The notes under the pieces: model-generated | What the model was told of the DNA's origin: nothing | Database searches by the model: none | The model's input: only the letters and a program-made list of their open reading frames with translations | Shown: piece by piece, positions 29,061 through 41,847 of the stretch | How positions within the stretch are numbered: the stretch's first letter is position 1 | How the letters are laid out: each line of letters opens with the position of its first letter | Assembly (NCBI RefSeq): GCF_006345805.1 | Contig: NC_043015.1 | Span: 36,828,001-36,892,000, forward strand | DNA: 64,000 nt | Direction: 5' to 3' | Source: Octopus sinensis | Lineage: Eukaryota | Translations under genes and position numbers: made by a program

Positions 29061-29644
29061 ATTGGTAGTCTCTATTAATGGCACACAATGACCGGGTGTC
29101 GTTGTTAAATTACATCGTCAATCAAGAGCAGGTAACTACGTATAACTAACTGCATTTAATCTGTAAGTCTAATCTCGAGCAAGTCGCAGGGGTAAACGAT
29201 AGATACTGTAATTCGAATGAGCTTAAGTCTTTAGCGAACGATCAGCATCAGAGACTTCATCACAGCATCCCACCGCTCTCAAGGTCGTGGGCATCACCGT
29301 CGTCGTCATCACGAAGCAACAGAATCTCAAACCACGTGACATAACTCAATATCACGCAAACGCGACTGAAGTCACGGTAGAACAACAGAAAACTCCGCAA
29401 CAAAATGACTCATCGACATAAAACAACACGAGATCAAACCTTAGTCCAGACCTGCCCACAACGCCAAACAGCAGCACCCCACATTCTACCCCAAAGAAAT
29501 ACACTTCACAGGGCCACAATACAACATCAGCGCAGTCACCACAGTACGGAACCCAGGTAAAACACATCAGTACAACACTGTTACACAACAGTTCATTACT
29601 CACCCAAACACGACACTCCCTGGCACTCCGTCGGTTAGGACGAT

Positions 29645-29945
29645 GAGCACTCCAGTTGATTCGATCAACGGAACAATCTGCACGAGAATTTAACAAACAA
29701 GTGGGTGAGTACTCCGCAGACACACATAGCTTTAATGTAGTTTCTTGATGGATATTCAGCGTGATACAGAATGTGACAAGGCTGTTCCTTTGAAGTAGAA
29801 GCACAACTAATTTTGCCGACAGAATGAACTGAAGCAACGCGAAATAAAGTGTTTCCCTGGAGGACACAATGCGCTGCTCGCTCCTGGAATTGAACTCACG
29901 ATCTTGCGATCTTGAACCGAACACCCTAACCACTTTGCCACGCGC
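29645..29945 (-). mobile_element. Near full-length tRNA-derived SINE
   Basis: Minus-strand head ggcgcgtggcaaagtggttagggtg (A box) and gagttcaattcc (B box), then the body shared with 7570-7790. Confidence 0.78.
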
Positions 29946-30473
29946 CTTCACACAACAACACACAACAAAGGGCTAAAATCCACTTCACCACAGCAATTAT
30001 CTGTAAAGTCCATTGGACTACATGTCTGTAAATCAAGGGAAATTCCTTGGAGGGAATTCAGGAATAACCAATCAAAGAATGGGCTTTTGGGCAATTAACG
30101 TTGTTTGACTACCGAGTGGACTGAAGATGAGGTGTGTGTGTGTGCGTGTGTGTGTGTGGCTAGAGTGAGATCTGTGTATGTGATACCGTATGTGCGTATG
30201 TGCAAGTTTGTATACGTATGTGTTTTGTGTATGTGTGCATATGTGCATATGTGTGTAACTACACATCACATCAGTAATGTGTATGCATATGTGGATGACT
30301 AGATGTATATATATGTGTGGATATCTGTGGTTATACATATTGTGGGTGAAGTGTGTATGTATCTACGTGTGTCACTTGTAGATATGCATGGGTGTGTAAC
30401 TATATGCAGTCTCCGTGAGATGTGAGTATGCCAATTTATGCGAATATATATGGGTAGGAATGTGTGTGTGTGT

Positions 30474-30507
<34 letters not shown>

Positions 30508-30900
30508 TAATTACAGTGAATTCAGTACGTGTTGCGGTATATAAGCGTGTGCGTATATATGTATATGTGTGCGGGTCTGGCAGTAAGTCTGAAAAAGGTG
30601 TGTGTGTTTGCAAATGCCGCATCACATGAGTCAGAATGTGTACGCGTCTGTGTAAAAACAGGTACCGCACACAAGAATTGATCGGTGAGTTGGTCGCAGT
30701 CTGTGAGTGGACGGAAGAGAGTAGGGGTTGGGGTGAAGTGGAGGCGAGAGTAAAAGAGACAAGATGATGACGATGGTGAGGAGGAAGGTGATAATGATGG
30801 TGAAAGTAATGATAGTGACCATCATCGTGATCGTGATGACTATTGAGGTTTATAAGGACAGTGGCTCTATGCATAAATAGGCACATGCGCACATCGCCAC

Positions 30901-30931
<31 letters not shown>

Positions 30932-31098
30932 GTCATCATCGTCGTCGTCGTCGTCGTCGTCGTCATTATTATCGTCATCATCATTGCGGTGACGAAGGTG
31001 TTCAAATCAAATAAATCATTACCACATTAGGCGTACGTGGTTGCCTCCTTGGATGTCTCTGCGTCCATCATCACCATCATCATCGTCACCAAGAGCAC

Positions 31099-31130
<32 letters not shown>

Positions 31131-31630
31131 CCATCGAGTCGAAGTTGTCTTTTTCTCCCCCACCCCACCCCATCACCTGCTGTTCTACAACTCCCCATCA
31201 TTCTCATTATATAACAAATAACTTGGAGAGAAAAAAAAGAAGAATGTTTGTTCGGTTAATAGCTTTTCCGAATCATTAAACAAATTGATTGTGAAATTCG
31301 CGGCGAATCCCATGGCACGCTCACTGATTTGCTCTGCATTGCTTTACTTTGCACTGCGTTCCTTTACATTTCCGTTATATGTGCCGTTCACCCGTCCCCC
31401 ACCCGTCCCCCACCCACCCACTTTTGCTTTCGTTGTTTATTTTGAGATTTATTCTTTCATTATATCACTTATATCTAGTTCCTCATTCTCTCTATCTTTC
31501 CTTAAATCTTTGTCGCTCTGTGGGCTACATACATATACATATATGCACACACACATGCACACACACATACATACATACATACATACATACATACATACAT
31601 ACATACATACAAACATACATACATATATAG

Positions 31631-31669
<39 letters not shown>

Positions 31670-31699
31670 CATACATACATACATACATACATACATACA

Positions 31700-31732
<33 letters not shown>

Positions 31733-31829
31733 GCATACATACATGTATACATATATACATAAATCCACTCCATACATATCAAAACCCATAAAATTCTGCC
31801 AAAAACAGGGATCTTCCACAGAAACAGCG

Positions 31830-32380
31830 AAGTTGACAGGTTCCACCTAATGAGAATTGAAGGTGGTAGAGGCTTGAGATCAGTGCTGACAGTCCTTCGA
31901 ATGCCGTATGGTATCATTCAGGCTGCATCTGCTAAACAACAGCTGCAGAAATAAATACATTAATGCAATCCCGGAAAGTGAAGTGAGCAAATTGGTACAA
32001 GTTGGCAGTGAACTCTTCAAAAAGCGATATCTTCCTGATGAGCTATACAGCCCCGAAAACCGCTGGTCTCTCTTACCTCAGATAAGACCTGGATGGAAAG
32101 CACTCACCATAAAAAAAAAAAACTGTGCATGTGTAGGTTGCCCGGAAGCTTGAAGAAGCCTGTAGAATTGATACGAAGCGCATCCTCTCTTGGATACAAG
32201 ACCACTACATCACGTCACACTTTGAAGGCTATGCGTTTGCAATCCGGGAACAGACTGACACAAAGTACCTGGTGAATAAGAGAGAGACAGTAACGCTTCT
32301 GTAATTCCGAGGTGCAACCACTTGTGTAGGCCATATCATGTTTCAAACTGATCAAAAAGAAGACTTAAATCACATTACAG
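31830..32380 (+). mobile_element. Decayed REL-clade LINE fragment, region upstream of the CCHC knuckle
   Basis: SWIQDHYITSHFEGYAFAIREQTDTKYL resembles the equivalent region of 48521-49892 (ETGGFIIAAQDQCLPT); left boundary approximate. Confidence 0.5.
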
Positions 32381-32728
32381 TCATAGTTGTGTCTCCATTT
32401 TATTTCGTCTCCTCAGTTCAACGATAACAGAGAGTTCTCAAACTCACCACAGACCGAAGTGTGGCAGACGAGTCGCCCGTGTGGTGCAACTGTGCCATCC
32501 GCCAGGAGAAGAAGGGAATCCCCAATAAATTGTGGATGCAACGACTCGCTGTTACAGCACATGTCATACTACTACTACTACTAGTACTAATACTACTAAT
32601 ACTACAACTACTACTACTACTGCTGCTGCTGATGCTACTACTACTAAAAGTAGTAGTACTACTACTATTACCAACGCTACCACTACTATTGCTGCTGCTA
32701 TAACTACTACTACTACTACTACTACTAC

Positions 32729-32770
<42 letters not shown>

Positions 32771-32787
32771 AACTACTACAGCTGCTG

Positions 32788-32819
<32 letters not shown>

Positions 32820-33422
32820 GTACAGTAGGAACAAAACCTGAAATCACATATTTTACTCTAGAAAACCTGTTAGGCAAAGCTGTTAAAAGGAAACGGATTT
32901 CTCACCGCCGTACTTTTGCCATGTAGAATATATTTCTTGTGTTTATTTACAGTGTACGATAATTGCTGTAATGAAAATCTATCCCCCAAGAACTGGCACA
33001 TTGTAATTGCTTCATAAATATATATTTAGCGGTAATAAAAATTGCAGGTTTCTTTTGCAGCATTCCAAATCTACAACTCATTAAAATAATCACAGCTAAT
33101 TTATAAATACTATCGATGGAAGCACGTGAAGTGGGAGATGATGCATTTCCTATTAATACCTGTATACACTATATCGACTAAGAACATTTAATAGGAACGA
33201 TAGGGTTCGATGCTGGAATCAACAATAAGACTCTGAGTGTATTTCATTTTCGATTTTCTTTCGATCCGTCAACGTGCTTCGATACAACTTCTCTTTTAGT
33301 GAATAGGAAATGAATATTTTTCAGTTTTTAGTTCCCTCATACGATGCGAAAGGAGAGAGATACAGAGAGAATGATGGAAAAAGTAAAGAAAAATAGAGAT
33401 GTAACTCGAATTAGAGATCAAC

Positions 33423-33492
<70 letters not shown>

Positions 33493-33564
33493 ATATGTAT
33501 ATATGGGATGTACTTGCATAGCAAGTGACCTGATCTGAGATCGTGTGCTGGAACGAAAACAATT

Positions 33565-33771
33565 GTAGCGTGGAAGGTGTTTATAAGCCATTTAAGAAGC
33601 ACACAAAAACCATTAAATTCACTTCAAGAGATGCAGCACAAAGTTTTGTCAGTGAACCGGTCGCGGTCTCAAAGCGACGAAAATATTTTGACAAATTAAA
33701 TTTAAATGTTGAAATTAATCTAACGGTTTTGGTGTGTTTCTTAAATGGCTTATAAACACCTACCACGCTGC
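33565..33771. mobile_element. MITE with ~48-bp terminal inverted repeats
   Basis: gtagcgtggaaggtgtttataagccatttaagaagcacacaaaaacc ... ggttttggtgtgtttcttaaatggcttataaacacctaccacgctgc. Confidence 0.75.
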
Positions 33772-34932
33772 AAAAGTAGTGCTCAACATATAAGCTTTGA
33801 GTTCCATGAATTTAATTTAAATTTGTTTCAGTTTCGCATAGCTTGCTCCGCGTGAACACATTTATACGCTCACACTATGTACTTTCGTAGATGTTTTGTA
33901 ACCTATATTACATGGCATGGTTTCTAGCCAATAAAGGGAAGATAGTATAATACTTATTCCTACCAAATTCTGTAGAAAAATAATGACTTACACACGTTAA
34001 GTTATGAGACAAAATATTAAAATCACACCATAAAAACAAATACTTTCTTGCTTATTAAACGAATCTAGTCATGTCACGAGAGAACTTGTATGTAAAAGAA
34101 ATACATGAAAATCGCCATAACTACTACAGCGAACGGACATAAAATAATAAGAAAGAAAATTAAATAATTGAAGAAAATATAAAAGAAAATTGTTCTATAG
34201 TACAGGAAAACTGGAAATTTAAAACATTTCAATGGCGAAGAAAAAATTGAAACATGGACGAATACACAGAAAACTTGAAATGGAACACAGTGAAAAAAAT
34301 GAGAAAAATAAGTGCAAAGATTTTTAACTAGATAACTAGATGCTAAAAGCAAAACTATGTAAGGGAAACTTCGTTATACAATGGATAAGCAATTACAGAA
34401 TTATGGAAATAATATTTAGAAAAACACGGAATTGCGAGGATTACTTATCTTGATGTTTTGCCTATTGTTTTATTTATTTCTATTTACGAAAAAATTTATG
34501 AAATGAAATTCGCATTTCATATAAAAGCTTTCCAAACCGCATACTTCATTTCCCTCTCCCCGGCAATGCAAACAGAAGTCTTATAAAGCAATATATTCAT
34601 GCACAAGCGTACCTAAACACAGGCACAGACGCACGCATAGGCGCAAAAAAAGACAGTGTTTGAATATACATAGAGATAAATATTCTATTTGGCTTTTGGA
34701 GCAGGAGACATAAATATTCTTTAGCCCAAATAGTGAAATGAGTTTTCATGATTGGTTGGATTGATAAAAAGAATTTGAAATTGTGTGCGTATATATGAAG
34801 TATAAAACAACCCGTATCTGAATGCATATACAAATACACACATATATCTATACGCTTAACTATATATACATATATATATATGTATATCTATGTATATCTA
34901 TGTATGTATATATATATATATGTATATGTATG

Positions 34933-34968
<36 letters not shown>

Positions 34969-35529
34969 TGTATGTATTTATGTATGTATATATGTATGTA
35001 TGTATATGTATATATATATACGTGTATGTATATATATACGTGTATGTATATATATGTATGTATGTATGTATTTATGTATGTATATATGTATGTATGTATA
35101 TGTATATATATATACGTGTATGTATATATTTGTATGTATGTATGTATTTATGTATGTATATATGTATGTATATGTATATATATATATATACGTGTATTTT
35201 TATGCGTGTAGATTTATAATAATATTAATATATTTGCGTATAAAGTTATTTACGCTTATATAATTGGTTACACATAACTGCATATCTGTAAAGACATATA
35301 AGTATACGGCTATGTTACTTTAAAAGTGAATATTATTATTTATACAAGTACACAGAAATACACACATGCATATGAGCGTATGTATTTACATGCATCCATG
35401 TGTATATAAATGTGTATATGAACATACAGGCAAGCATGTGTGTTAGGATTATTTTCTCTAAGTATAAGAACGTGCGCCACATGTAAAGAACTAACACAAA
35501 TGAGAACCAAACGAACAAGAAAAAAAAAA

Positions 35530-35880
<351 letters not shown>

Positions 35881-36430
35881 AGGAAAAGCAATATATCTCA
35901 TTGCTTCCATAGCTGGATTTGATGTGGAAGATGCTGTGATAGAAGATGCATTGAGTTTGGAGTAATGGTGGAGGCGGCAACGGTGGTGGGTGTGGTGGTG
36001 GCGGTGGTGGTGGTGGTTGTGGTGGGGAACGAGAAACTGCTGTAGATAAATGTATTGGCATTGTCTATAGTTGTTGTTGTGGTTGTGGTGGGTGTGGTAA
36101 TTCTGGTGCCTGAGGATTTGCGGGTGGCAGTGGGGTGGAATATATAGGGAAATATCAATAAAAATCTCAAAAATATATTGAAATGAGCATCAAACAGTCA
36201 TTTTGCTTCCTTGCATGCTGTTATTAAGCCTGATCGATCTCGCTATTTCGTATTATCATCGAACGGCTCTATTGTAAACGAAACACAGATCAATGTAACC
36301 TTCTGATAACATGTCACACACATTTATACACGCAAAGATGCATGTATATGTACCAATACAAGCATCAACACACACAACATACATATACATGAATAAGTAC
36401 ATGCATATATACATACTTAAATACACACAC

Positions 36431-36482
<52 letters not shown>

Positions 36483-36660
36483 AATTTTAGTAAGCCGTAA
36501 AGATATTGTATATATTTTGCACGTATACATTCGTCGTTGAGGTTCACTAATACACACATACATGCATAAATACATGAATATGTGATTAAAAACATACAAC
36601 AAACATACGTACATGTGTACAAATATATACATACGTACGTGTATAATTATATATATATAC

Positions 36661-36713
<53 letters not shown>

Positions 36714-36974
36714 ATGTATCGTATGTATAAATATGTGTGTGATAAACGGGCATATATTATATACATATTGCATGTATGCAATCGTCTATGAGTGCATTCA
36801 GATTCACAGAATTTCCTGCTGTTCGTGGTTCACTGGATTATTTCTCTGAGTTGTACAGTCGCATGGATGTCCCTTTAAGTAACTGCACCCTCGTTTGCAT
36901 TGCTCCATATATATACATTGCTCCATATATATACACTTATGCATAAATACTTAACTACATGGTCTATTTATATA

Positions 36975-37013
<39 letters not shown>

Positions 37014-37050
37014 CATATATATATATATATATATAACATATACATATATA

Positions 37051-37102
<52 letters not shown>

Positions 37103-37135
37103 TATAATATATTATATATATTATATATATATATT

Positions 37136-37175
<40 letters not shown>

Positions 37176-37537
37176 AAAAAATAATATGTACAATTACTCA
37201 ATAGTCAAGATAAAACTCTGAGTTTCAGATGCCGAATTGGAAATCCACAACACAATCCCTTTGGTTATCTGGCCATCTGAAAAAACGCTATGAAAAAATA
37301 ATCGTTATATAAAGGGACATTGGTGTGTTATAATTCTGCTACTTATATAAAATAAGATTAAAATTTCATAGTAAACACGTAAACATGGCTAGTCATACGC
37401 TCACATGTGCGCTCGCAGACCCACGTGCGTACTTATACGTCACTATGAAAACGTACACATCTTCACTCGCATTTTTCGCCAAATATATACGCATATATAT
37501 ACAAACTCATACACACACATGCGTACCGTAAAAGTTC

Positions 37538-37672
<135 letters not shown>

Positions 37673-37999
37673 TGCATATATATGTATGTATGCATGTTTG
37701 CATGTATGTATGTATGTGTATATGTATGTATATGTGTGTGTGTTTGTATGTGTATATATATACTCATATAAATACGTATATCCCAAAATGGGGGTAGGGT
37801 AGTGAGCGCTTAGAGCGGGACACACGGGAGTTAAAATGCAAGGTTGTATAACATTTATGCAAATGTCATGCAACCGTTTCAACATTTTCATGAAACGCAT
37901 GCATATCTAACAACGCTCTGAATACAAAACCACTTTTCTTATAGTTACATGTGTACGCCTCTCTCCCTTTCTCTTTACTTGTATACACACGTGTATAAG

Positions 38000-38053
<54 letters not shown>

Positions 38054-38129
38054 TGCGTGTATATATACACGCACAGATATGTATATATATATATATTCTC
38101 TTTTATTTGTTTTACTTGTGTCAATGACT

Positions 38130-38570
38130 TGACAGCGGCCGTCTAGTGCACCGCTTATAGTCAAACAAATCGACCCCAAGACTTATTCTTCGTAAGCCTA
38201 GTATTTACTGTATCGGCTTTTTTGCCGAATCGTTAAGTTACGAGGATGTAAACACACCAACGTCTGTTGCCAGGCGATGATGGGTGGGAATAAACTCAGA
38301 CACCCAAACATATACATATATACATACATATGAGTGTGTGTATCTGTGTGTGTGTGTTTGTGTCTGTGAGTCTATGTATATGTATGTATGTATGTATATG
38401 TTTGTGTGGCGTATATATAAATACGACAAGCTTCTTTCAATCTCTGTTTGCCAAAAACAAGTGTTTGGTCGGCCTGCGGCCATAGTAGAAGAAACCTGGT
38501 AGTGGTGCCACGCAGTGGGATTGAATCTAGAAGTGTGTGGTTGAGAAGCAAACTTTTATCACAAACCCAC
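38130..38570 (-). mobile_element. Degenerate SINE with internal microsatellite (head about 38428-38570, tail about 38130-38290)
   Basis: Reverse complement resembles 20757-21075. Confidence 0.6.
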
Positions 38571-38599
38571 ATCTGCACCTATATATGTATGTATATATA

Positions 38600-38646
<47 letters not shown>

Positions 38647-38904
38647 GACCTTTCTTGAGTAGTAATGCATACGATAAATATGAATTGACTGATAAAAGAT
38701 TGATCAATCGATAGCTTGATAAATAGATGGATGGAAGTATGTAGATACACCAGTGCGCATACATGCACCGTTATACTGAAAAATAATACGTACATAAATA
38801 CATTTGGATATATACAATCCTCATCCACATATGTGCCTTTTCGAAGTATTTAATATTCTGTTACAATACAATCAATCTTAAATGGAAAAAATAATATATA
38901 TTAT

Positions 38905-38971
<67 letters not shown>

Positions 38972-38972
<1 letters not shown>

Positions 38973-39379
38973 TTGTTTGGCATCCTCTCTGTCTCGGGAG
39001 ACAATGGAGTTGCGCATTTTTTTTTTCTAGCTCTAGTCCGGCTGTTATATTTTATTTCCTGTTACATTTCTTGCTGTGGCTGTGTAGTCCTATCCTGGAC
39101 AAACACTCCCTCTGGCAGGTACTGCAAATGTAGCGAAGACTGTTCCTGGCTGATTGTAGTGCCATGGTCTCTTGTTTATGTCTCTTCCTTTCTTTCCATT
39201 TCTCCTCTCTCTTTCTGTCACTCCTCTGTATACCCTCTTTTACTGTACGTCGCCATTCTCCACATGGCAGAATCCCCAATGACATACTCTACGGAGAGCT
39301 TGCTAGGGGTACTAGGTCTGTGGGTAGACCGATCTTGCGTTACAAGGATGTTTGCAAAAGGGATATGAAGGCCTGCAAT

Positions 39380-39383
<4 letters not shown>
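38972..39383 (-). mobile_element. RTE LINE 3' end with a 5' inversion
   Basis: Minus strand 38972-39262 encodes WRRTVKEG...CSTCQRECLSRIGLHSH plus the tail; plus strand 39263-39383 encodes the upstream HGRIPNDILYGEL...GRPILRYKDVCKRDMK. Confidence 0.85.
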
Positions 39384-39447
<64 letters not shown>

Positions 39448-39678
39448 TAATATATTAATCAATTTAGGGTAGCAAAAAATTCAGTAAAAATTTATCGCTA
39501 CCAGCGGCCTGGTGAAAAAAGAGAAAATAGTCAAAGACTAAATATGTATAAATATAACAATTTAGGAATGGCCTAAACAGGCCATTCGTCCACCAGAAAG
39601 AGAGCAGCCAGAACTCCAACCGCAAAGTAGTGTAATTCGGAAATAAGGTGAAAATTTAAAAACATTTACCCTAATTCA

Positions 39679-39778
39679 TCTTTTATACGATGCATCGTTT
39701 CAGTGTCTTTAATGATAGACCAGCTTAATTAAATTAATTAAGCTAGTCTACCATAGGTCACACTTCATCAGTAAAAGA
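39679..39778 (-). ncRNA. Type I hammerhead ribozyme motif A; predicted GUA cleavage between 39686 and 39685
   Basis: TCTTTTA CTGATGA AGTGT[...]ACACT GAAA CGATGCATCG TA TAAAAGA; stems I, II and III and the core are intact. Confidence 0.85.
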
Positions 39779-40153
39779 AACCTGGGAGAGACGGATACAC
39801 ACGAGCGACTGTATCAATGCCTCGGGATATCTGTCTTAAAATTTTCAAGACCAACGCATTCGCGCAAAACTTATCGGCAGCAAATATAAACTGCCGATTC
39901 AATCTCAGAATTAGTCAGAAAATTTATCAATAATCAATTTAGGGTAGCAAAAAATTCAGTAAACATTTATCGCTACAGCGGCCTGGTGGAAAAAAAAGTA
40001 AAGAGAAAATAGTCAAAGACTAATATGTATAAATATAACATTTAGGAATGGCCTAAAAGGCCATTCGTCCACCAGAAAGAGCAGCCAGAACTCCAACCGC
40101 CAAGTAGTGTAATTCGGAAATAAGGTGAAAATTAAAAACATTTACCCTAATTA

Positions 40154-40250
40154 TCTTTTATACGATGCATCGTTTCAGTGTCTTTATGATAGACCAGCTT
40201 TTAAATTAATTAAGCTAGTCTACCATAGGTCACACTTCATCAGTAAAAGA
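40154..40250 (-). ncRNA. Type I hammerhead ribozyme motif B
   Basis: Same core and stems as A; small indels only in the stem II extension. Confidence 0.83.
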
Positions 40251-40708
40251 AACCTGGGAGAGACGGATACACACGAGGCGACTGTATCAATGCCTCGGGA
40301 ATATCTGTCTTAAAATTTTCAAGACCAACGCATTCGCGCCAAACTTATCGGCAGCAAATAAAACTGCCGATTCAATCTCAGAATTAGTCAGAAAATTATC
40401 AATTAATCAATTTAGGGTAGCAAAAATTCAGTAAAAATTTATCGCTACCGCGGCCTGGTGGAAAAGAGAAAATAGTCAAAGACTAAATATGTATAAATAT
40501 AACAATTTAGGAATGGCCTAAACAGGCCATTCGTCCACCAGAAAGAGCAGCCAGAACTCCAACCGCCAAGTAGTGTAATTCGGAAATAAGGTGAAAATTT
40601 AAAAACATTTACCCTAATTTACCCGAATGCGTTGGTCTTGAAAATTTTAAGACAGATATTCCCGAGGCATTGATACAGTCGCCTCGGTGTATCCGTCTCT
40701 CCCAGGTT

Positions 40709-40807
40709 TCTTTTACTGATGAAGTGTGACCTATGTAGACTAGCTTAATTTAATTTAATTAAGCTGGTCTATCATTAAGACACTGAAACGATGCATCGTA
40801 TAAAAGA
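40709..40807 (+). ncRNA. Type I hammerhead ribozyme motif in the inverted copy; predicted cleavage after 40800
   Basis: tcttttaCTGATGAagtgt...acactGAAAcgatgcatcgTAtaaaaga read directly on the plus strand. Confidence 0.83.
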
Positions 40808-40924
40808 TGAATTAGGGTAAATGTTTTTAAATTTTACCTTACTTCCGAATTACACTACTTGGCGGTTGGGAGTCTGGCTGCTCTTTCTGTGGACGAATGG
40901 CCTGTTTAGGCCATTCCTAAATTG

Positions 40925-40969
<45 letters not shown>

Positions 40970-41006
40970 AAATAAAATGCCGAGTATACTTGTGGTTGTT
41001 TTAATA

Positions 41007-41058
41007 CAATAGGAACATTAATCATACCACCAAAGTGGTATGGTTAATGTTCCTATTG
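41007..41058. repeat. 24-bp stem, 4-nt loop hairpin
   Basis: caataggaacattaatcataccac-caaa-gtggtatggttaatgttcctattg, with one T:G pair. Confidence 0.9.
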
Positions 41059-41461
41059 CAGAGCTTGGAGAAATAACAGTCAAATCTCCAACGGATTACA
41101 ACTTATTGACTTAGAATTTTAAGTGATTCAATAAAACAATGCGTAGGATAATTTTTGAAGAAAATACAAAGAATCAAACAGTGTTGTGAAGGTTTAAGTT
41201 TCTTTGAACTTCATTTCTACTCCATCTGAATAGTCTTGGATATGATCTGGAGTCTAGTCTCAAGAACAGATTGGCTTTGAAGTGAAATTCTGCTCAATCA
41301 TGGTTGACTTGGAACTAAAATCAAATCAATGACTACAACAGCAACAACAATAACACAGATGCGACGACAAGTGGCAAAATTGATTTTGATATCAACGTCA
41401 TTCTCCACTTCAGCATCCCTTTTGTAATGTATTTCGCAAAATCACAACGAATATTACGGTC

Positions 41462-41492
<31 letters not shown>

Positions 41493-41847
41493 TCATCATC
41501 GATGTCATCATATCCGGCTTCCACACCATTTTTATTGTCCTCTTTAATTTCATTGTTGTCATCGTCATCGTCGTCATCATCGTAAACTTTATTCATCATC
41601 ATCGTCTATCCTTCTCATCATTGTCATCATCTTTGTGATAAGTAAACATACAGTCTTGTTGGAAAAAAACTGTGCCTGACATACTTTGACAATAGTCTAT
41701 GGTAAGCTGTTCCCCCACTTATAAGTGTAAGGGTGAGAGCGTGTTTCTTTGTGCGTCTGAGTGCATATATTTCTACGTATACATATATTTACATATGGAT
41801 ATATATCAACACATATATCTACATGTTTTTGTCTTCTATCTAGTATA

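Larger units (their letters stand above)
39456..40927 (-). mobile_element. Hammerhead-bearing non-coding tandem array (retrozyme/PLE-pLTR-like): units 39456-39930 and 39931-40403, partial 40404-40620, inverted partial 40621-40927
   Basis: Direct alignment of the units; (TA)n on both flanks; no coding frame recognised. Confidence 0.85.

Noticed and set aside
29352-29963. 203-aa ORF, among the longest non-RTE ORFs in the track
   Set aside because: Mostly reads through a SINE head and body; no protein motif
32025-32075. CTGATGA...GAAAACCGCTGGTC hammerhead look-alike
   Set aside because: No stem I complementarity, an extra A in GAAA, and it lies in a decayed LINE coding region
39456-40620. Tandem units as a CRISPR array or ordinary satellite
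   Set aside because: Eukaryotic context, no repeat-spacer structure, and each unit carries a ribozyme core
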